A DNA stretch of 63,285 nt, filler included, from Octopus bimaculoides (taxonomy: Eukaryota), in NCBI RefSeq assembly GCF_001194135.2. It is 6 parts of 6 records of this genome, joined end to end, with 100 filler letters (N's around TTAATTAATTAA, not from the genome) between each part and the next. Parts side by side here need not be neighbours in the genome. Positions count along the whole stretch, not along the records: positions 1 to 28,209 come from NC_068981.1; 5 more parts are not named here. One strand, written 5' to 3'. Shown here piece after piece: positions 1 through 11,649 of this stretch. The translations under genes and the position numbers were made by a program. A model generated the notes under the pieces. It worked only from the letters and a program-made list of their open reading frames with translations, searched no databases and was not told the origin of the DNA. The first letter of the stretch is position 1; each line of letters starts with the position of its first letter.

Positions 1-129
1 TATATATAAGTGTGTGTGAATGAACCTCTGCCTCCGTATCTTTTAAGACTTGGTTTGTTTAGCTTATTTGTTTATTGTTTTATGCTACTTTATCTGTTAA
101 TTATTTGCCTATGCTTGTTATTTTATCGT

Positions 130-480
130 CTGTTTACGTATTTTGTTTACGGGACTCTGCAAGTATTTGATAATTCCTTTCTGTAATTAGAAATTCGTCG
201 TCCGTTGTATTGTGTGTCCGTTGGTTAAACTGTTCATATGCGCAGTGTTGCATATATGTAAATGTATCTAAGCACCTGCGTTACTCTTGCAATATATAAG
301 TGTTTCTACGAATATAAAGTTGTAAACAGGTTGGTCATTGCGTGTTTATTAAAACCTGATAATAGCTTCTGGTAGGTTGCCTTCTAATCCGCTTTAAATT
401 CTTCAATATGTTTATAATTTAGATAATCGAGAATTTATTGTAAATGTATTATTAATGTTTTCATAATCTTATACCTCTCG
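130..480 (-). mobile_element. Highly decayed possible Penelope-like (GIY-YIG C-terminal) fragment
   Basis: Frameshifted minus-strand translation gives ...QHCAYEQF...NYRKELSNTCRVP*TKY, resembling the C-x2-C-x2-E ... L-N-x-R-x-EL-x3-CRH-x2-K tail of Penelope endonucleases (recalled pattern; weak). Confidence 0.25.
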
Positions 481-1371
481 ACTGGATGCATCTTATGTCA
501 TCTTGACGAATTTATTTATTTTATTATGTTCCACTTTATTTTGTATTTCTATTTGCTTTTTTTTCCTAATTTTACTATTGTTATTTCTTTGTAAAAGATA
601 TTGGATCCGGATTCTGATGTTTTATCCTTTGCTTTGTTAGTTTTGGCACGATTTCCTGAAATATAAGGGTAGTGTTAACGACCTGTTATATTTCGATTTA
701 CTGATGAAATGATTATATGATTGCATACAGTTATTGAAACGTGAGTACAAATGAAGGCTCTTCTGTTATTCTTTCAATCTCACACACACACACAACACAC
801 ACACACACAAACACAAATTCATACATACATACATACACAACTACACACTCACACACGCATATATATGCATATATACTGGCATGCATACACACACATATAT
901 GAATGTATACTTGCATGCATACACACACAAACATACACACACACATAAACACACGCATACACACACGCACACGCACACGCACATATATACATATTAAGCA
1001 TATACGCTAACATACTTATACGTATATACATATTTGCATATATATATACATATGTGTGTGTTTCTGTATATGTTTCTGTAAGTGTATGTGTGTATGTATA
1101 AAGTGGAAGTTATCACAGACAACAAATAAATGTTATTTCAAGCCCTTCATTGCGATTGCTACATTTAAGTAAAAATTGAAAATTTTAAAATACATTTTCC
1201 AATCAAATCATTTCTTCAGTCGAAGTTATCGAAACTTTTCATAAATCCATCTGTTCAGAGATTTGTGCGATGCAAAGTTTTGGGGTTTGAATATTGAGTC
1301 CTGATACATATAGTAATGTATCGTGCATTATAGCATGCCATAAAGTGTTTGTATGCACACACGCACGCACT

Positions 1372-1402
<31 letters not shown>

Positions 1403-1581
1403 GTTCGCGCGCATGATTTGTACGTGGGCACAATATGGCCGAATAGTAAAGGCAGATGCTTACTCACATGGTCTCGGTTTCGATTCAATTGTTTAACATC
1501 TTGAGCATGTATCATTTTCTAGAATCTTGGTTCGACCCATACTTTTTGGTTAAAATTGGTTAGACGGCAATTGTATATTCA

Positions 1582-1612
<31 letters not shown>

Positions 1613-2699
1613 GTTAATTTATGTATATATTAATATTATCTCGGTTGAAAAATCTTCTATAATGTAAATATGTTAATAGTTACCAGGGTAGCAAAAAACA
1701 CACAAAAACTGAGATATCATACCCGTTTAATAGGTAGAAATACCATGTTAAAGTGATGTATTATGAGTAGATATGAAGAATAATAATAAATGGAGCAAAA
1801 CGCATNNNNNNNNNNNNNNNNNNNNNNNNNNNNNNNNNNNNNNNNNNNNNNNNNNNNNNNNNNNNNNNNNNNNNNNNNNNNNNNNNNNNNNNNNNNNNNN
1901 NNNNNNNNNNNNNNNNNNNNNNNNNNNNNNNNNNNNNNNNNNNNNNNNNNNNNNNNNNNNNNNNNNNNNNNNNNNNNNNNNNNNNNNNNNNNNNNNNNNN
2001 ATATATATATATATATATATAGGTATGTACACGCGCGCGCGAGCACGCGCACACACACACAACATCAATTGTGAATGATATGCGCCTCAGCGGAACATGC
2101 AACTCTCCCGTTTGCTTGCAGATGAACACCTAAAGCACTCGCTTTCGAGAAACCCTTTAAGTTGTCATTCGACAAGCTCAAAATAACACGTTGCTCTAGG
2201 AATCGCTTCTATATCTTATGTGTGGCACACCATGCTCCTGTACAGGTAACGTCGATTTGATGGAGGGAATGTGCTAACGTACAGCACAAACATTTCATCA
2301 CTGTAAAGAAAAATCATCTGTGCAAGTTGCTCAGCAAGGAGGCGCAATCTTTCATCTATCGTTTACAAGAGTAGAGTCCACCACCGTCTTGAAATAAATA
2401 ATAATACATTCTTAGATATATAATAACATGCTCCAGAGAAAAATGAGGTGATCGTATCTGGTATGACGTCAATCACAGGTTTGTTCATGTTTGATCTGGC
2501 ACCAAACAATAACATTATTTAAACTTTGCTCTTATTTTTATTATTATAATTATTTTTTTTTTGCTATCGCCATGTTTCATCAGTTGATTCTTATTGCACT
2601 CTAATTAACATTATTTTCTCAATAATTAGCTCTTTCTAATTTGAAGTTGTCCGTTCAAATTAACATTGCGTCTACTTTTGAATATGTTGTTGTTGATGT

Positions 2700-2885
2700 T
2701 GTTTTAGTCTCAGGATGGCTGTTATCGAACAAATCTATAGTAAAGGCGTTCCAGCTGTGACTATCTATCTCGGTATTCTGTATGTGAATTTATTGACTAA
2801 TAATATCCCCGATGAAAGGTAGTAGAGTGTGATTTGAGGGAGATTTGGCTGTTATTTCTCGCATGTCAATGGACCACATAGAGGA
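2700..2885. repeat. Old dispersed repeat family E
   Basis: Motif gtgatttgagggagatttggctgttatttct...gaccacatagagg recurs in diverged form near 6655, 7570, 8265, 24725 and 28975. Confidence 0.55.
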
Positions 2886-3302
2886 TGATGCTTAGGATAG
2901 TCTTTCTTTGAAGTCACAGGTCCTAGAGACCACAATGCCACTATTTCCTCATGACCAGCTATATACATTCTTTTATTGTTCCACTCACACTTATAATACA
3001 AAGCAATACCAAGCTAGAGGAGTAGCCTGTATGTGGTCGCTTGAAATGTTAGAAATAGTAGCCAAATCTTCCCCTAATCGAATCTCGACGTTTTGGAAAG
3101 AAGTGGGGGAAATATTGGATCATGTGTTCTTGAATATATTATATCTGTATAAAAGACAGGATAATTACCATTGTGGCTGGTTCGCTTTTGCTCCTATGTT
3201 TGTTTTACCAGTGTCAATCAAGATCTAAACAACAACCACAACAACACAAACAACAAGAGCAACAATAAACCGAGTTTGCCTCAACATTTAATCAACTTTA
3301 TA

Positions 3303-3527
3303 GGCGCAGGAGTGGCTGTGTGGTAAGTAGCTTGCTTACCAACCACATGGTTCTGGGTTCATTCCCGCTGCATGGCACCTTGGGCAAGTGTCTTCTACTA
3401 TAGCCTCGGGCCGACCAAAGCCTTGTGAGTGGATTTGGTAGACGGAATCTGAAAGAAGCCCGTCGTATATATGTATGTATATATATATATGTGTATGTGT
3501 GTGTATATGTTTGTGTGTCTGTGTTTG
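3303..3527 (+). mobile_element. SINE-A left arm (tRNA head + CORE-like segment), runs into a gap at its internal microsatellite
   Basis: A-box-like tggctgtgtgg, B-box-like ggttcattccc, CORE-like caccttgggcaagt; near-identical to copies at 5809, 15624, 42019 and 44108. Confidence 0.85.
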
Positions 3528-4013
3528 NNNNNNNNNNNNNNNNNNNNNNNNNNNNNNNNNNNNNNNNNNNNNNNNNNNNNNNNNNNNNNNNNNNNNNNNN
3601 NNNNNNNNNNNNNNNNNNNNNNNNNNNNNNNNNNNNNNNNNNNNNNNNNNNNNNNNNNNNNNNNNNNNNNNNNNNNNNNNNNNNNNNNNNNNNNNNNNNN
3701 NNNNNNNNNNNNNNNNNNNNNNNNNNNNNNNNNNNNNNNNNNNNNNNNNNNNNNNNNNNNNNNNNNNNNNNNNNNNNNNNNNNNNNNNNNNNNNNNNNNN
3801 NNNNNNNNNNNNNNNNNNNNNNNNNNNNNNNNNNNNNNNNNNNNNNNNNNNNNNNNNNNNNNNNNNNNNNNNNNNNTTCCCCCTCATAATGTATTCTTTC
3901 AGTTAGTTTTTATATCTTTTATACCCAGTTTCAAATATGTTAATGCTAATATTGCTTATCATGCGCATAGTACCATTAAATCATTTATTATCCCAGGATT
4001 ATTATTATTATTA

Positions 4014-4056
4014 CTGAGTGAGAGAGCAGGGCATGCCATCAAAGTGACACCGGGGT
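4014..4056 (-). mobile_element. 43-bp GC-rich stub embedded in an (ATT)n tract; possible extreme 3' end of a TAA-targeting retroelement
   Basis: ctgagtgagagagcagggcatgccatcaaagtgacaccggggt is flanked on both sides by (ATT)n. Confidence 0.3.
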
Positions 4057-4107
4057 ATTATTATTATTATTATTATTATTAATATTATTACTATTATTAT
4101 TTAATTA

Positions 4108-4330
4108 AAGTGGTGAGCCGGCAGAATCGTTGATTCTTGCACGCCGGGCAAAGATGCTTAGCGGCATTTCGCCCGTCTTGACGTTCTGAGTTCAAATTCC
4201 GCCGAGGTCTGCTTTGCCTTTCATCCATCTGGGATCGATGAATTAAGTACCAGTGAAACACTGGTGTCGATGTAATCGACTAGTCCCCTCTCCACAAATT
4301 TAAGACCTTGTGCCTCCAGTAGAAAGGATT
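4108..4330 (+). mobile_element. SINE-B (tail variant b)
   Basis: Head ggtgagccggcagaatcg, B-box gagttcaaattcc, core gcctttcatc...aagtaccag...gtcgatgtaatcgact, tail ccttgtgcctccagtagaaagga. Confidence 0.85.
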
Positions 4331-4460
4331 CTTCTTCTTCTTCGATAAAGGGTCTCTTGCAAAATATGTAATTCACTATCATGGTGAGTTTCTGTATTCA
4401 TTCCTTCGTTCGACTAGTCTCTATGTAAATTCATCATTGCTCTCTTCCCATCTGTCCGTC

Positions 4461-4462
<2 letters not shown>

Positions 4463-4538
<76 letters not shown>
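4463..4538. repeat. (TA)n microsatellite
   Basis: Perfect dinucleotide run. Confidence 0.95.
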
Positions 4539-4541
<3 letters not shown>

Positions 4542-4821
4542 TACATACACACACGCACATACGATTACACACACACACGCACACACACACACCCACCCAC
4601 CCATATTTCCATCCGTCCATCCGTCTTGTCTCCTTTTTACTATCATCACTATCATCACAAATTCACAATCATTAAATGCTACAACTTCCTTCGGTTCTGG
4701 AGTAACAACGAAGCAGCTGAGATTGAGAGCTTCTCATTCATTATCCTTGAAACAATGCGTTTTTCTGTTTACCTAAGTATGTTTATACTAAACCCTTAAA
4801 TCCATCCTTTGTCTCCCCCCC

Positions 4822-4862
<41 letters not shown>

Positions 4863-5118
4863 CTACACACCCACACACACCCGTCTCACTCTATGTTAAG
4901 ATATTTACTCTGTAATGCATTGTTGTCAGCTGTTACAATTGATTGATCCTTTTTCTCATAAACGTTTTATCCCCTTCTTCGCCTCCTCCTCCTCCTCCTC
5001 CTNNNNNNNNNNNNNNNNNNNNNNNNNNNNNNNNNNNNNNNNNNNNNNNNNNNNNNNNNNNNNNNNNNNNNNNNNNNNNNNNNNNNNNNNNNNNNNNNNN
5101 NNNNNNNNNNNNNNNNNN

Positions 5119-5169
5119 CATCATCATCATCATCATCACCATCACCATCATCTCTTTCATTTTCTACTA

Positions 5170-5202
<33 letters not shown>

Positions 5203-5230
5203 TTGCTGCTGTTGCTGCTGTTGCTGCTGC
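5119..5230. repeat. Compound trinucleotide repeat (CAT)n-(CTA)n-(CTG/TTG)n
   Basis: Directly visible. Confidence 0.9.
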
Positions 5231-5808
5231 TGCTGTTGCTGCTGCTGCTCAGTTCGTTCTGGGTGAGACCTGCTACTCTGTGATCTTTCTTCAAGTTCCT
5301 TTACACCCTTTAGTTTCTATCGTAATCCTGCCCATCCCCAAGAATTTTTCACAGGACCTTCGATCCAGAGACCCATAACGCTGTTTGATGGCATGGAATT
5401 GCTTCTCCTGGTGCTGAGTAACAAACCAAATGACTTGCCCAGGTTAATGCGTGCCTACTTTTCTCATTCTTTCTTTAATAAAATTGCCAAACAACTAGCT
5501 GAATTTTTCGTTACATATTTGTGTGTGTACGCGTGTGCAAGGGATGGTAGTGGAGAGATGTTTCATATTAAAAATATCTTCATGTCTTATTACTTCTTTA
5601 TCACAATGCTTCAAGCAAGCTACCACGCTATTACATTTGGAAATACAGTGATACCTAGCAGTACAAGTTTAATTCGTTCCATGACCAAGCTCGTCTTACG
5701 ATTTACTCGTTTTACAAATCAATTTTCCCCATTGAAATTGACTAAAATATAACTAATCCGTTCCAGCCTCCAAAAACCATTTACTCGTTTTACAAATCAA
5801 TTTTCTCC

Positions 5809-6210
5809 GGAGTGGTTGTGTGGTAAGTAGCTTGCTTACCAACCACATGGTTCCGGGTTCAGTCCCACTGCGTGACACCTTGGGCAAGTGTCTTCTACTA
5901 TAGCCTCGGGCCGACCAAAACCTTGTGAGTGGATTTGGAAGACGGAAACTGAAAGAAGCCCGTCGTATATATGTATATATATATATGTGTGTGTGTATGT
6001 TTGTGTGTCTGTGTTTGTACCCCCACAATCGCTTGACAACAGATGGTGGTGTGTTTACGTCCCCGTAAGCTAGCGGTTCGGCAAAAAGAGACCGATAGAA
6101 TAAGTACTAGGCTTACAAAGAATAAGTTCTGGGGTCGATTTTCTCGACTAAAGGCGGTGCTCCAGCATGGCCGCAGTCAAATGACTGAAACTAGTAAAAG
6201 TAAAAGTAAA
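5809..6210 (+). mobile_element. SINE-A, near full length, inside a 22-bp TSD
   Basis: Left arm, (TA)n(TG)n, right arm and (gtaaaa)n tail; ccgttccagcctccaaaaacca at 5758-5779 and 6211-6232. Confidence 0.9.
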
Positions 6211-6539
6211 CCGTTCCAGCCTCCAAAAACCACTCAAAAATAATTTCTTATGGGTTTTAAAGCAGAAAGATGTAGTCACAAGTAAAATAACAATTATAGA
6301 AAAAAACAGAGAATGCAAAAGAAATATGTAAACTGGTTTTATTAACTGAATTACGTTAAAGATGGGACAATTTGTGTGCTCGTACTGCGGATTTCCGCTC
6401 GTACTTCAAGACAAAAATTCGCAGGAGTCTCGGCTCGTACAATAACTTGCTTTTACAATGGTAAAGGAGAAAAGAAAACAAACTTTAAAAAATAGCCAAC
6501 ATGAAATATAAAATATCATTTGTAATTATTTAGCCTTAG

Positions 6540-6715
6540 ATCAATACTAATCAAGCAAAGCTATGCTCAAGGTACTCTAGTCGTGACCATCTCCCCCGTT
6601 TACATATCTGTGGAATTGCATTATTCAATGTTTCCTTCCATTGTATGTCATTATGATGTAATTTGAGGGCTATTTGGCAGCTATTTCTTGTAGGTGGAGA
6701 CCACACAGGTTTGTT
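6540..6715. repeat. Repeat family E copy
   Basis: gatgtaatttgagggctatttggcagctatttcttgtaggtggagaccacac matches the copies at 2835 and 28975. Confidence 0.5.
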
Positions 6716-7616
6716 TTTGTTGATTCGCAAATGTCACTTGTTCAGTGTTTTAGTGGAGGATATAGGGCACACGATCACAGTTGCTTCAAAATGTCAGCAA
6801 AGTGCAACATTCCGAAGAGGCGCGATGCTGTGATAAAACAATATACAACACCACCAATAAAAAAGATTGTTCTGTTTGAAGTTTTAACAAAACCACATAC
6901 GGTACAGAAAGCATTACACGCGCTTCTCTACGAGAAATATTGATGTAAGTATCACTCCGATTACGATGTTCATATGACCAAACACTGCTAGCAGTAAAAT
7001 AATTTAAAATAAATAAATAAAAAGAATACGCAAACAAACAGCCCCCCCCCCCATATACATACTTACACACACATGTAATGTGGTAGTTAATGCTGTGGTA
7101 GTTAATTGCCCGGTGGATGCGAATATATATCGATAAACGAAAAGCTGACGTATGTATGTATTTATTATAGCACTAACATAGGTGGGTTATAAAAATATGC
7201 ATGAGGAGTTGAAATGTTTTAATGCATTTAGTCGGCTGCGAAAATAGCGGTCGTCTGCCTAGTGACAACTCATTTACATGTTGTTATAAATTTGAAAGTT
7301 CGACAATAATAACTGGACTACCAATGCTTGGAGGGTAATGAATAAGTGTAAATATAGACACTGAAATTAGATCGTATTTCGTCGACATAAACGTAAACAC
7401 TTTCTTCAGATCTTTTCTTTCTGTTTCTGAAAATAGAACCACAAATATAGTTAGAATTATTACTGTAATCGGTTACCATAGCAAACGTCGCAGCTGTTGC
7501 GTATCAAGAGCTATATTCGTTTATGTGCTTCCACACCATTTTGAGAAGGTAGTGTTTATGTTTAATTCGTGGGAGATTTGCTTACTATTTCTAGTAGGTC
7601 ATGTGACTATGTAGAG

Positions 7617-7965
7617 CAGTGGTTCTCAACCGGCGTCTATATGACCCCTGGGGGGGGGGGTCAATATAAGACTCTTGGGTTCCATGCAGGCAAAATGTAT
7701 AAATTGGGTATCCATGGTAGTATTTCAAGGGTCCATGGAAAATTTTGCTTTTGATGTATTTGTTGCAAGAGACAGTAAGATTTCTTTCTCTTATGTTTTA
7801 CGTAGTTTAACCCACACAAGTTAATGTGTGGCAAATAAAATAGGAATTTTGAAAGAATTATCTGCAAAACTAGTTTTTAAACACCATATGGCTATGGGGC
7901 AGGGTCCATCAGAGTAAAATTGTAATAAAAGGAGTTCATAGATAAGAAATGATTAAAGACCAGTG
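7617..7965. mobile_element. hAT-type MITE nested in a family-E repeat
   Basis: Starts cagtggttctcaacc; degenerate right end aaatgattaaagaccagtg; 8-bp TSD atgtagag / ttgtagag (7/8). Confidence 0.75.
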
Positions 7966-8049
7966 TTGTAGAGGCTCCCTCGCCGCAAATGTTTCTTTTT
8001 TGTATATCCAGCTTTTCAAATGTTACTATCCTTTACCTGGTATGTAATG

Positions 8050-8201
8050 CTGGGCCAGCCCTACGGTTGCTGGCGCCCCGGGCAAGCTGAACTTCGGCGT
8101 GTACAAGCTGACCGTCGTGAAAATTTCCTTGTCTTTGTTGCCCCTTAGCACATGGCATTCCGGGCGACTGCCCGAGTTGCCAGTACCTTGAGCTGGCCCT
8201 G
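8050..8201. mobile_element. hAT-type MITE (152 bp)
   Basis: About 35-bp imperfect TIRs (ctgggccagccctacggttgctggcgccccgggca vs rc cagggccagctcaaggtactggcaactcgggca); 8-bp TSD atgtaatg / atgttatg. Confidence 0.75.
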
Positions 8202-8314
8202 ATGTTATGGATCTCATTACTCAGTATGTTCGTTCTTTTTTAAGACGCTAGGGTGTAATTTATTTAAGAGATTCGGCTGCTATTTCTAGCGAGTTAATCT
8301 GTTCCCGGACAACG

Positions 8315-8399
8315 TTCGTAAAGTGAAAACTCGTAAGCAAAAAATAAAACACGTAAAAACTCGTAAACCTGGAATCTCGTAAAGTGAGGTATTGCTGTA
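8315..8399. mobile_element. Right end of a Tigger/pogo-like MITE
   Basis: Repeated ctcgtaa subterminal motif ending ctcgtaaagtgaggtattgctg-TA, like the GAGGTACCACTG-TA termini of that group. Confidence 0.35.
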
Positions 8400-8530
8400 T
8401 TTTACCAAGACAAGTAACATAGGCAAGTCAAACGTTAAGGGTTAAAATCTGCTTTATCAACTCATCAATTTGGAACTTATATCGATTTTGAAGTGTTTAA
8501 ACAACTGAGTGTACAACTCAACTCCTGAGG

Positions 8531-8598
8531 AGACGCCACTCTGTCGTAGACGCCACTCTGTCGTAGACGCCACTCTGTCGTAGACGCCACTCTGTCGT
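8531..8598. repeat. Perfect 17-bp minisatellite x4
   Basis: agacgccactctgtcgt at 8531, 8548, 8565 and 8582. Confidence 0.95.
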
Positions 8599-8744
8599 GG
8601 ACTTAACAACGAAGTGTCAGTGATACTCATTTTTGAGACTGATTTTTGTTAAAGTATGGTACGTATTCTCTCTCACTTTTGCGGAATCGCTAAGTTGCAG
8701 GTACTTAAACAGATCAAACTGTATGTGTATGTGTGTGTGTGTTA

Positions 8745-8960
8745 CAAACACAGACACAATGACACACACAAACACGCAAATATGTGTGTGTAAATATATG
8801 TATATACATAGTGAATTTCCATACAGTTTCCGTCTACTAAATTCAGTCTCAAGTCCTTGGTAGAAGACACTTAAACAAGGTGTCACGCCGTCGGGCAGAA
8901 CCAGAAATCAAGTGGTTGCAAAACGAGCTTCTTAACTACACAGCCAAGCCCGCACCCACG
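8745..8960 (-). mobile_element. SINE-A, diverged left arm
   Basis: cagtttccgtctactaaattc...gaagacactt...cttaactacacagcc is antisense SINE-A. Confidence 0.7.
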
Positions 8961-9000
8961 GACATGCCTGCGTCTAAGTAGATGTTAAAATAATAATCCA

Positions 9001-9419
9001 TTCTATTATACGCACAAGGCCTGAAATTTGAGGGGAGAGATTTAGTCGAATATATCGACTCCAGTGTTTCCCTGGTACCTAATTTATCGACTCCGAAAGG
9101 ATGAAAGACAAAGTCGATCTCGGCGGCATTTGAACTCAGAATGTAGCGACGGGCGAAATACCACTAAGCATTTTGTCCAGCGTGCAACGATTCTTATTTC
9201 TTTACTGCCCACGAGGAGCTACACACAGAGGGGACAAACAAGGACAGACAAACGGATTAAGTCGATTATATCGACCCCAGTGCGTAACTGGTACTTATTT
9301 AATCGACCCCGAAAGGATGAAAGCCAAAATCGACCTCGGCGGAATTTGAACTCAGAACGTAGCGAAATACCGCTAAGCATTTTGTCCAGCGTGCAACAAT
9401 TCTGCCGGCTCGCCGCTTT
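9001..9419 (-). mobile_element. SINE-B dimer (unit 1 + tail a, then unit 2 + tail b)
   Basis: Two head-to-tail B units joined at aaataagaat|cgtt near 9191; same architecture as 56335-56765. Confidence 0.85.
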
Positions 9420-10207
9420 AGCTGTCAAAAAGATGTTAAAATAATAATAACGATGATCTTTTTACAACAGAACTCTTTATGTAAAAGAGTGTTAAGTTCC
9501 CTGTGAGTAGATTGCCCCTACTGCTGTTTCGATTCCGAGTTAGGCCAATTTTACTCAACTCGGTTGTAATACATTTCTCTGGTTGAGCAAATTGTCACTC
9601 CTCACTTGTAATATGTTTTTCATATTCACAAGATAATGATATAAAAGACCCCGAATACCCAGTCTTCAGCTGTGCAATAGCGCTTTGTTAGTTCTTCTTT
9701 ACAATCCCCTTCTCCCCTCCAATATTAAATCTTGCTTTCCATCAATTCCAGAAATACGGAAACAAAGCACAGGCTGTCTAAAAGTCTGAGATGAGTTATT
9801 ATTAATAAGATTATACAATCTCGGATTACTAATCTTATCTTCAGAGATGAAGGCAAATTTAATATTTACGTCTACACAACATTGTAATCGTCATTACGAC
9901 ATAAAACAAACAACAGATAGTTTACATGTAGGTGGTGAGTTGGCATGGACATTGGTGTGGTGGAAAATTGCTATGCAGTTTTCATTCTAACTACCTGACG
10001 CTCTGAGTTCAAATCCAATTGTGGTTAACTTTGGTTTGTCTCGCTTTCTAATGTTGATAAATAAAATTTCTCTACTAGGATCCATTCTCTTTCTCATTGG
10101 GGGAAGAAAAATATATCCGTTGTGTTCCGACCGAGAAAGGCATATGAGCCCCTTCAGAAGTTATTGAGAGTTACACACATGCAATTACTACTACTACTAC
10201 TACTACT

Positions 10208-10435
10208 AATAATAATAATGGTTTCAAATTTTAGCACAAGGTCAGCAACATCGGGGGAGGGGGGGTAAGTCGATTAAATCGATCCCAGTATTCGACTGGT
10301 ACTTATTTTATCCACGTCGAAAGGATGAAAGGTAAAATCGACCTCGGCGAAATTTGAACTCAGAACGTGAGGACGGACGAAATGCCGCTAAGCGTTATTT
10401 TCCCTCGGTGCGTGCTAACGATTATGCCAGCTCGC
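10208..10435 (-). mobile_element. SINE-B (tail variant c)
   Basis: Antisense head, B-box and core; tail rc ...gaccttgtgctaaaatttgaaaccattatt running into (TTA)n. Confidence 0.85.
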
Positions 10436-11096
10436 ATATCCTCCTCCTCCTCCTCCTCCTCCTACTACTACTACTACTTCTGCTGCTGCTGCTGCTGCAT
10501 CTAGTGTGCTCATACGAAAAGAGACGGCTTTGTCTCGCTGTATCCAAAATTAGAACGACTTGTCTTTTTTTATGAACTTACAATGACCTATACCAGTTCT
10601 ATATGGAAATGCTATGGAAGAACTGGAATGTCTGCGTATATGTATGGAATTTTTAACATACCTATATTTAGATACGGATACTTATGGTTATACATAGTCA
10701 TTGCCGTTGAAGTCTTTCCCAAAGACATTATGGTATATTGAAGCCATTTCAAAAACTACCAAAGAGCCATATATTAAACAACATCAACAACAATAACAAC
10801 AACAACAAAAAGATTAAATAAAAGAAAATAAACCATAGAAAAATGTGGTTTGATTTATTGATACAAAATTAGTAAAATTGGCCACACCCCTGCCTCCTAC
10901 ACACATGTATAAGTACCTGTGTGTGGGGGCGGGGAGGGCGTGTGCGTGCGTGTGCGTGCGCGTGTGTGTGTGTATGTGTTTGTGTGTGCGCGCAATCCTT
11001 TACACATACGCGCATACATACCTACATACATATTTTACTATACGTGCGTACCTACATACATATTTTGGTATAGACTCGATTATATACATATCATTT

Positions 11097-11257
11097 TATT
11101 TGTGTCAGTCATTTGACTGCGGCCATGCTGGAGCACCGCCTTTAGTCGAGCAAATCGACCCCAGGATTTATTCTTTGTAGGCCTAGTATTTATTCTATCG
11201 GTGTCTTTTGCCGAACCGCTAAGTTACGGGAACGTAGACACACCAGCATCGGTTGTC
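11097..11257 (-). mobile_element. SINE-A right arm, truncated by a gap
   Basis: cagtcatttgactgcggccatgctggagcaccgcc...ccagcatcggttgtca. Confidence 0.85.
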
Positions 11258-11477
11258 ANNNNNNNNNNNNNNNNNNNNNNNNNNNNNNNNNNNNNNNNNN
11301 NNNNNNNNNNNNNNNNNNNNNNNNNNNNNNNNNNNNNNNNNNNNNNNNNNNNNNNNNNNNNNNNNNNNNNNNNNNNNNNNNNNNNNNNNNNNNNNNNNNN
11401 NNNNNNNNNNNNNNNNNNNNNNNNNNNNNNNNNNNNNNNNNNNNNNNNNNNNNNNNNNNNNNNNNNNNNNNNNNNNN

Positions 11478-11541
<64 letters not shown>

Positions 11542-11649
11542 GCACGCATACACAGAAATAAACGTGTGTGCGTGTGCGTGTATGTGTACACGTGGTACAG
11601 AAATTTAAGAAAAAACACGACGACGATGTAAAAATACAAACGCTGGGTG

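Noticed and set aside
731-1031. Cys/Val, His/Thr, Tyr/Ile and Leu-Ser-Ile-Tyr-rich ORFs throughout the track
   Set aside because: Translations of di- and tetranucleotide microsatellites and N-gaps.
3336-3887. Recurrent ORFs such as DGLLSVSVYQIHSQGFGRPEAIVEDTCPRCHAVG and RASFSFRLPNPLTR...GTEPGTMWLVSKLLTTQP (also 5753, 5836, 15786, 39716, 41852, 44278)
   Set aside because: Antisense readings of SINE-A; they recur wherever the SINE does.
5164-5330. Minus-strand KELEERSQSSRSHPERTE + poly-Q
   Set aside because: An in-frame stop lies just upstream, there is no good acceptor, and it sits within a compound trinucleotide tract.
7472-7486. RFX X-box-like GTTACCATAGCAAAC
   Set aside because: 13/14 match only, with no associated gene start.
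8531-8598. Short direct-repeat arrays (17 bp here, 57 bp at 36065) as CRISPR-like
   Set aside because: No spacers; eukaryotic context.
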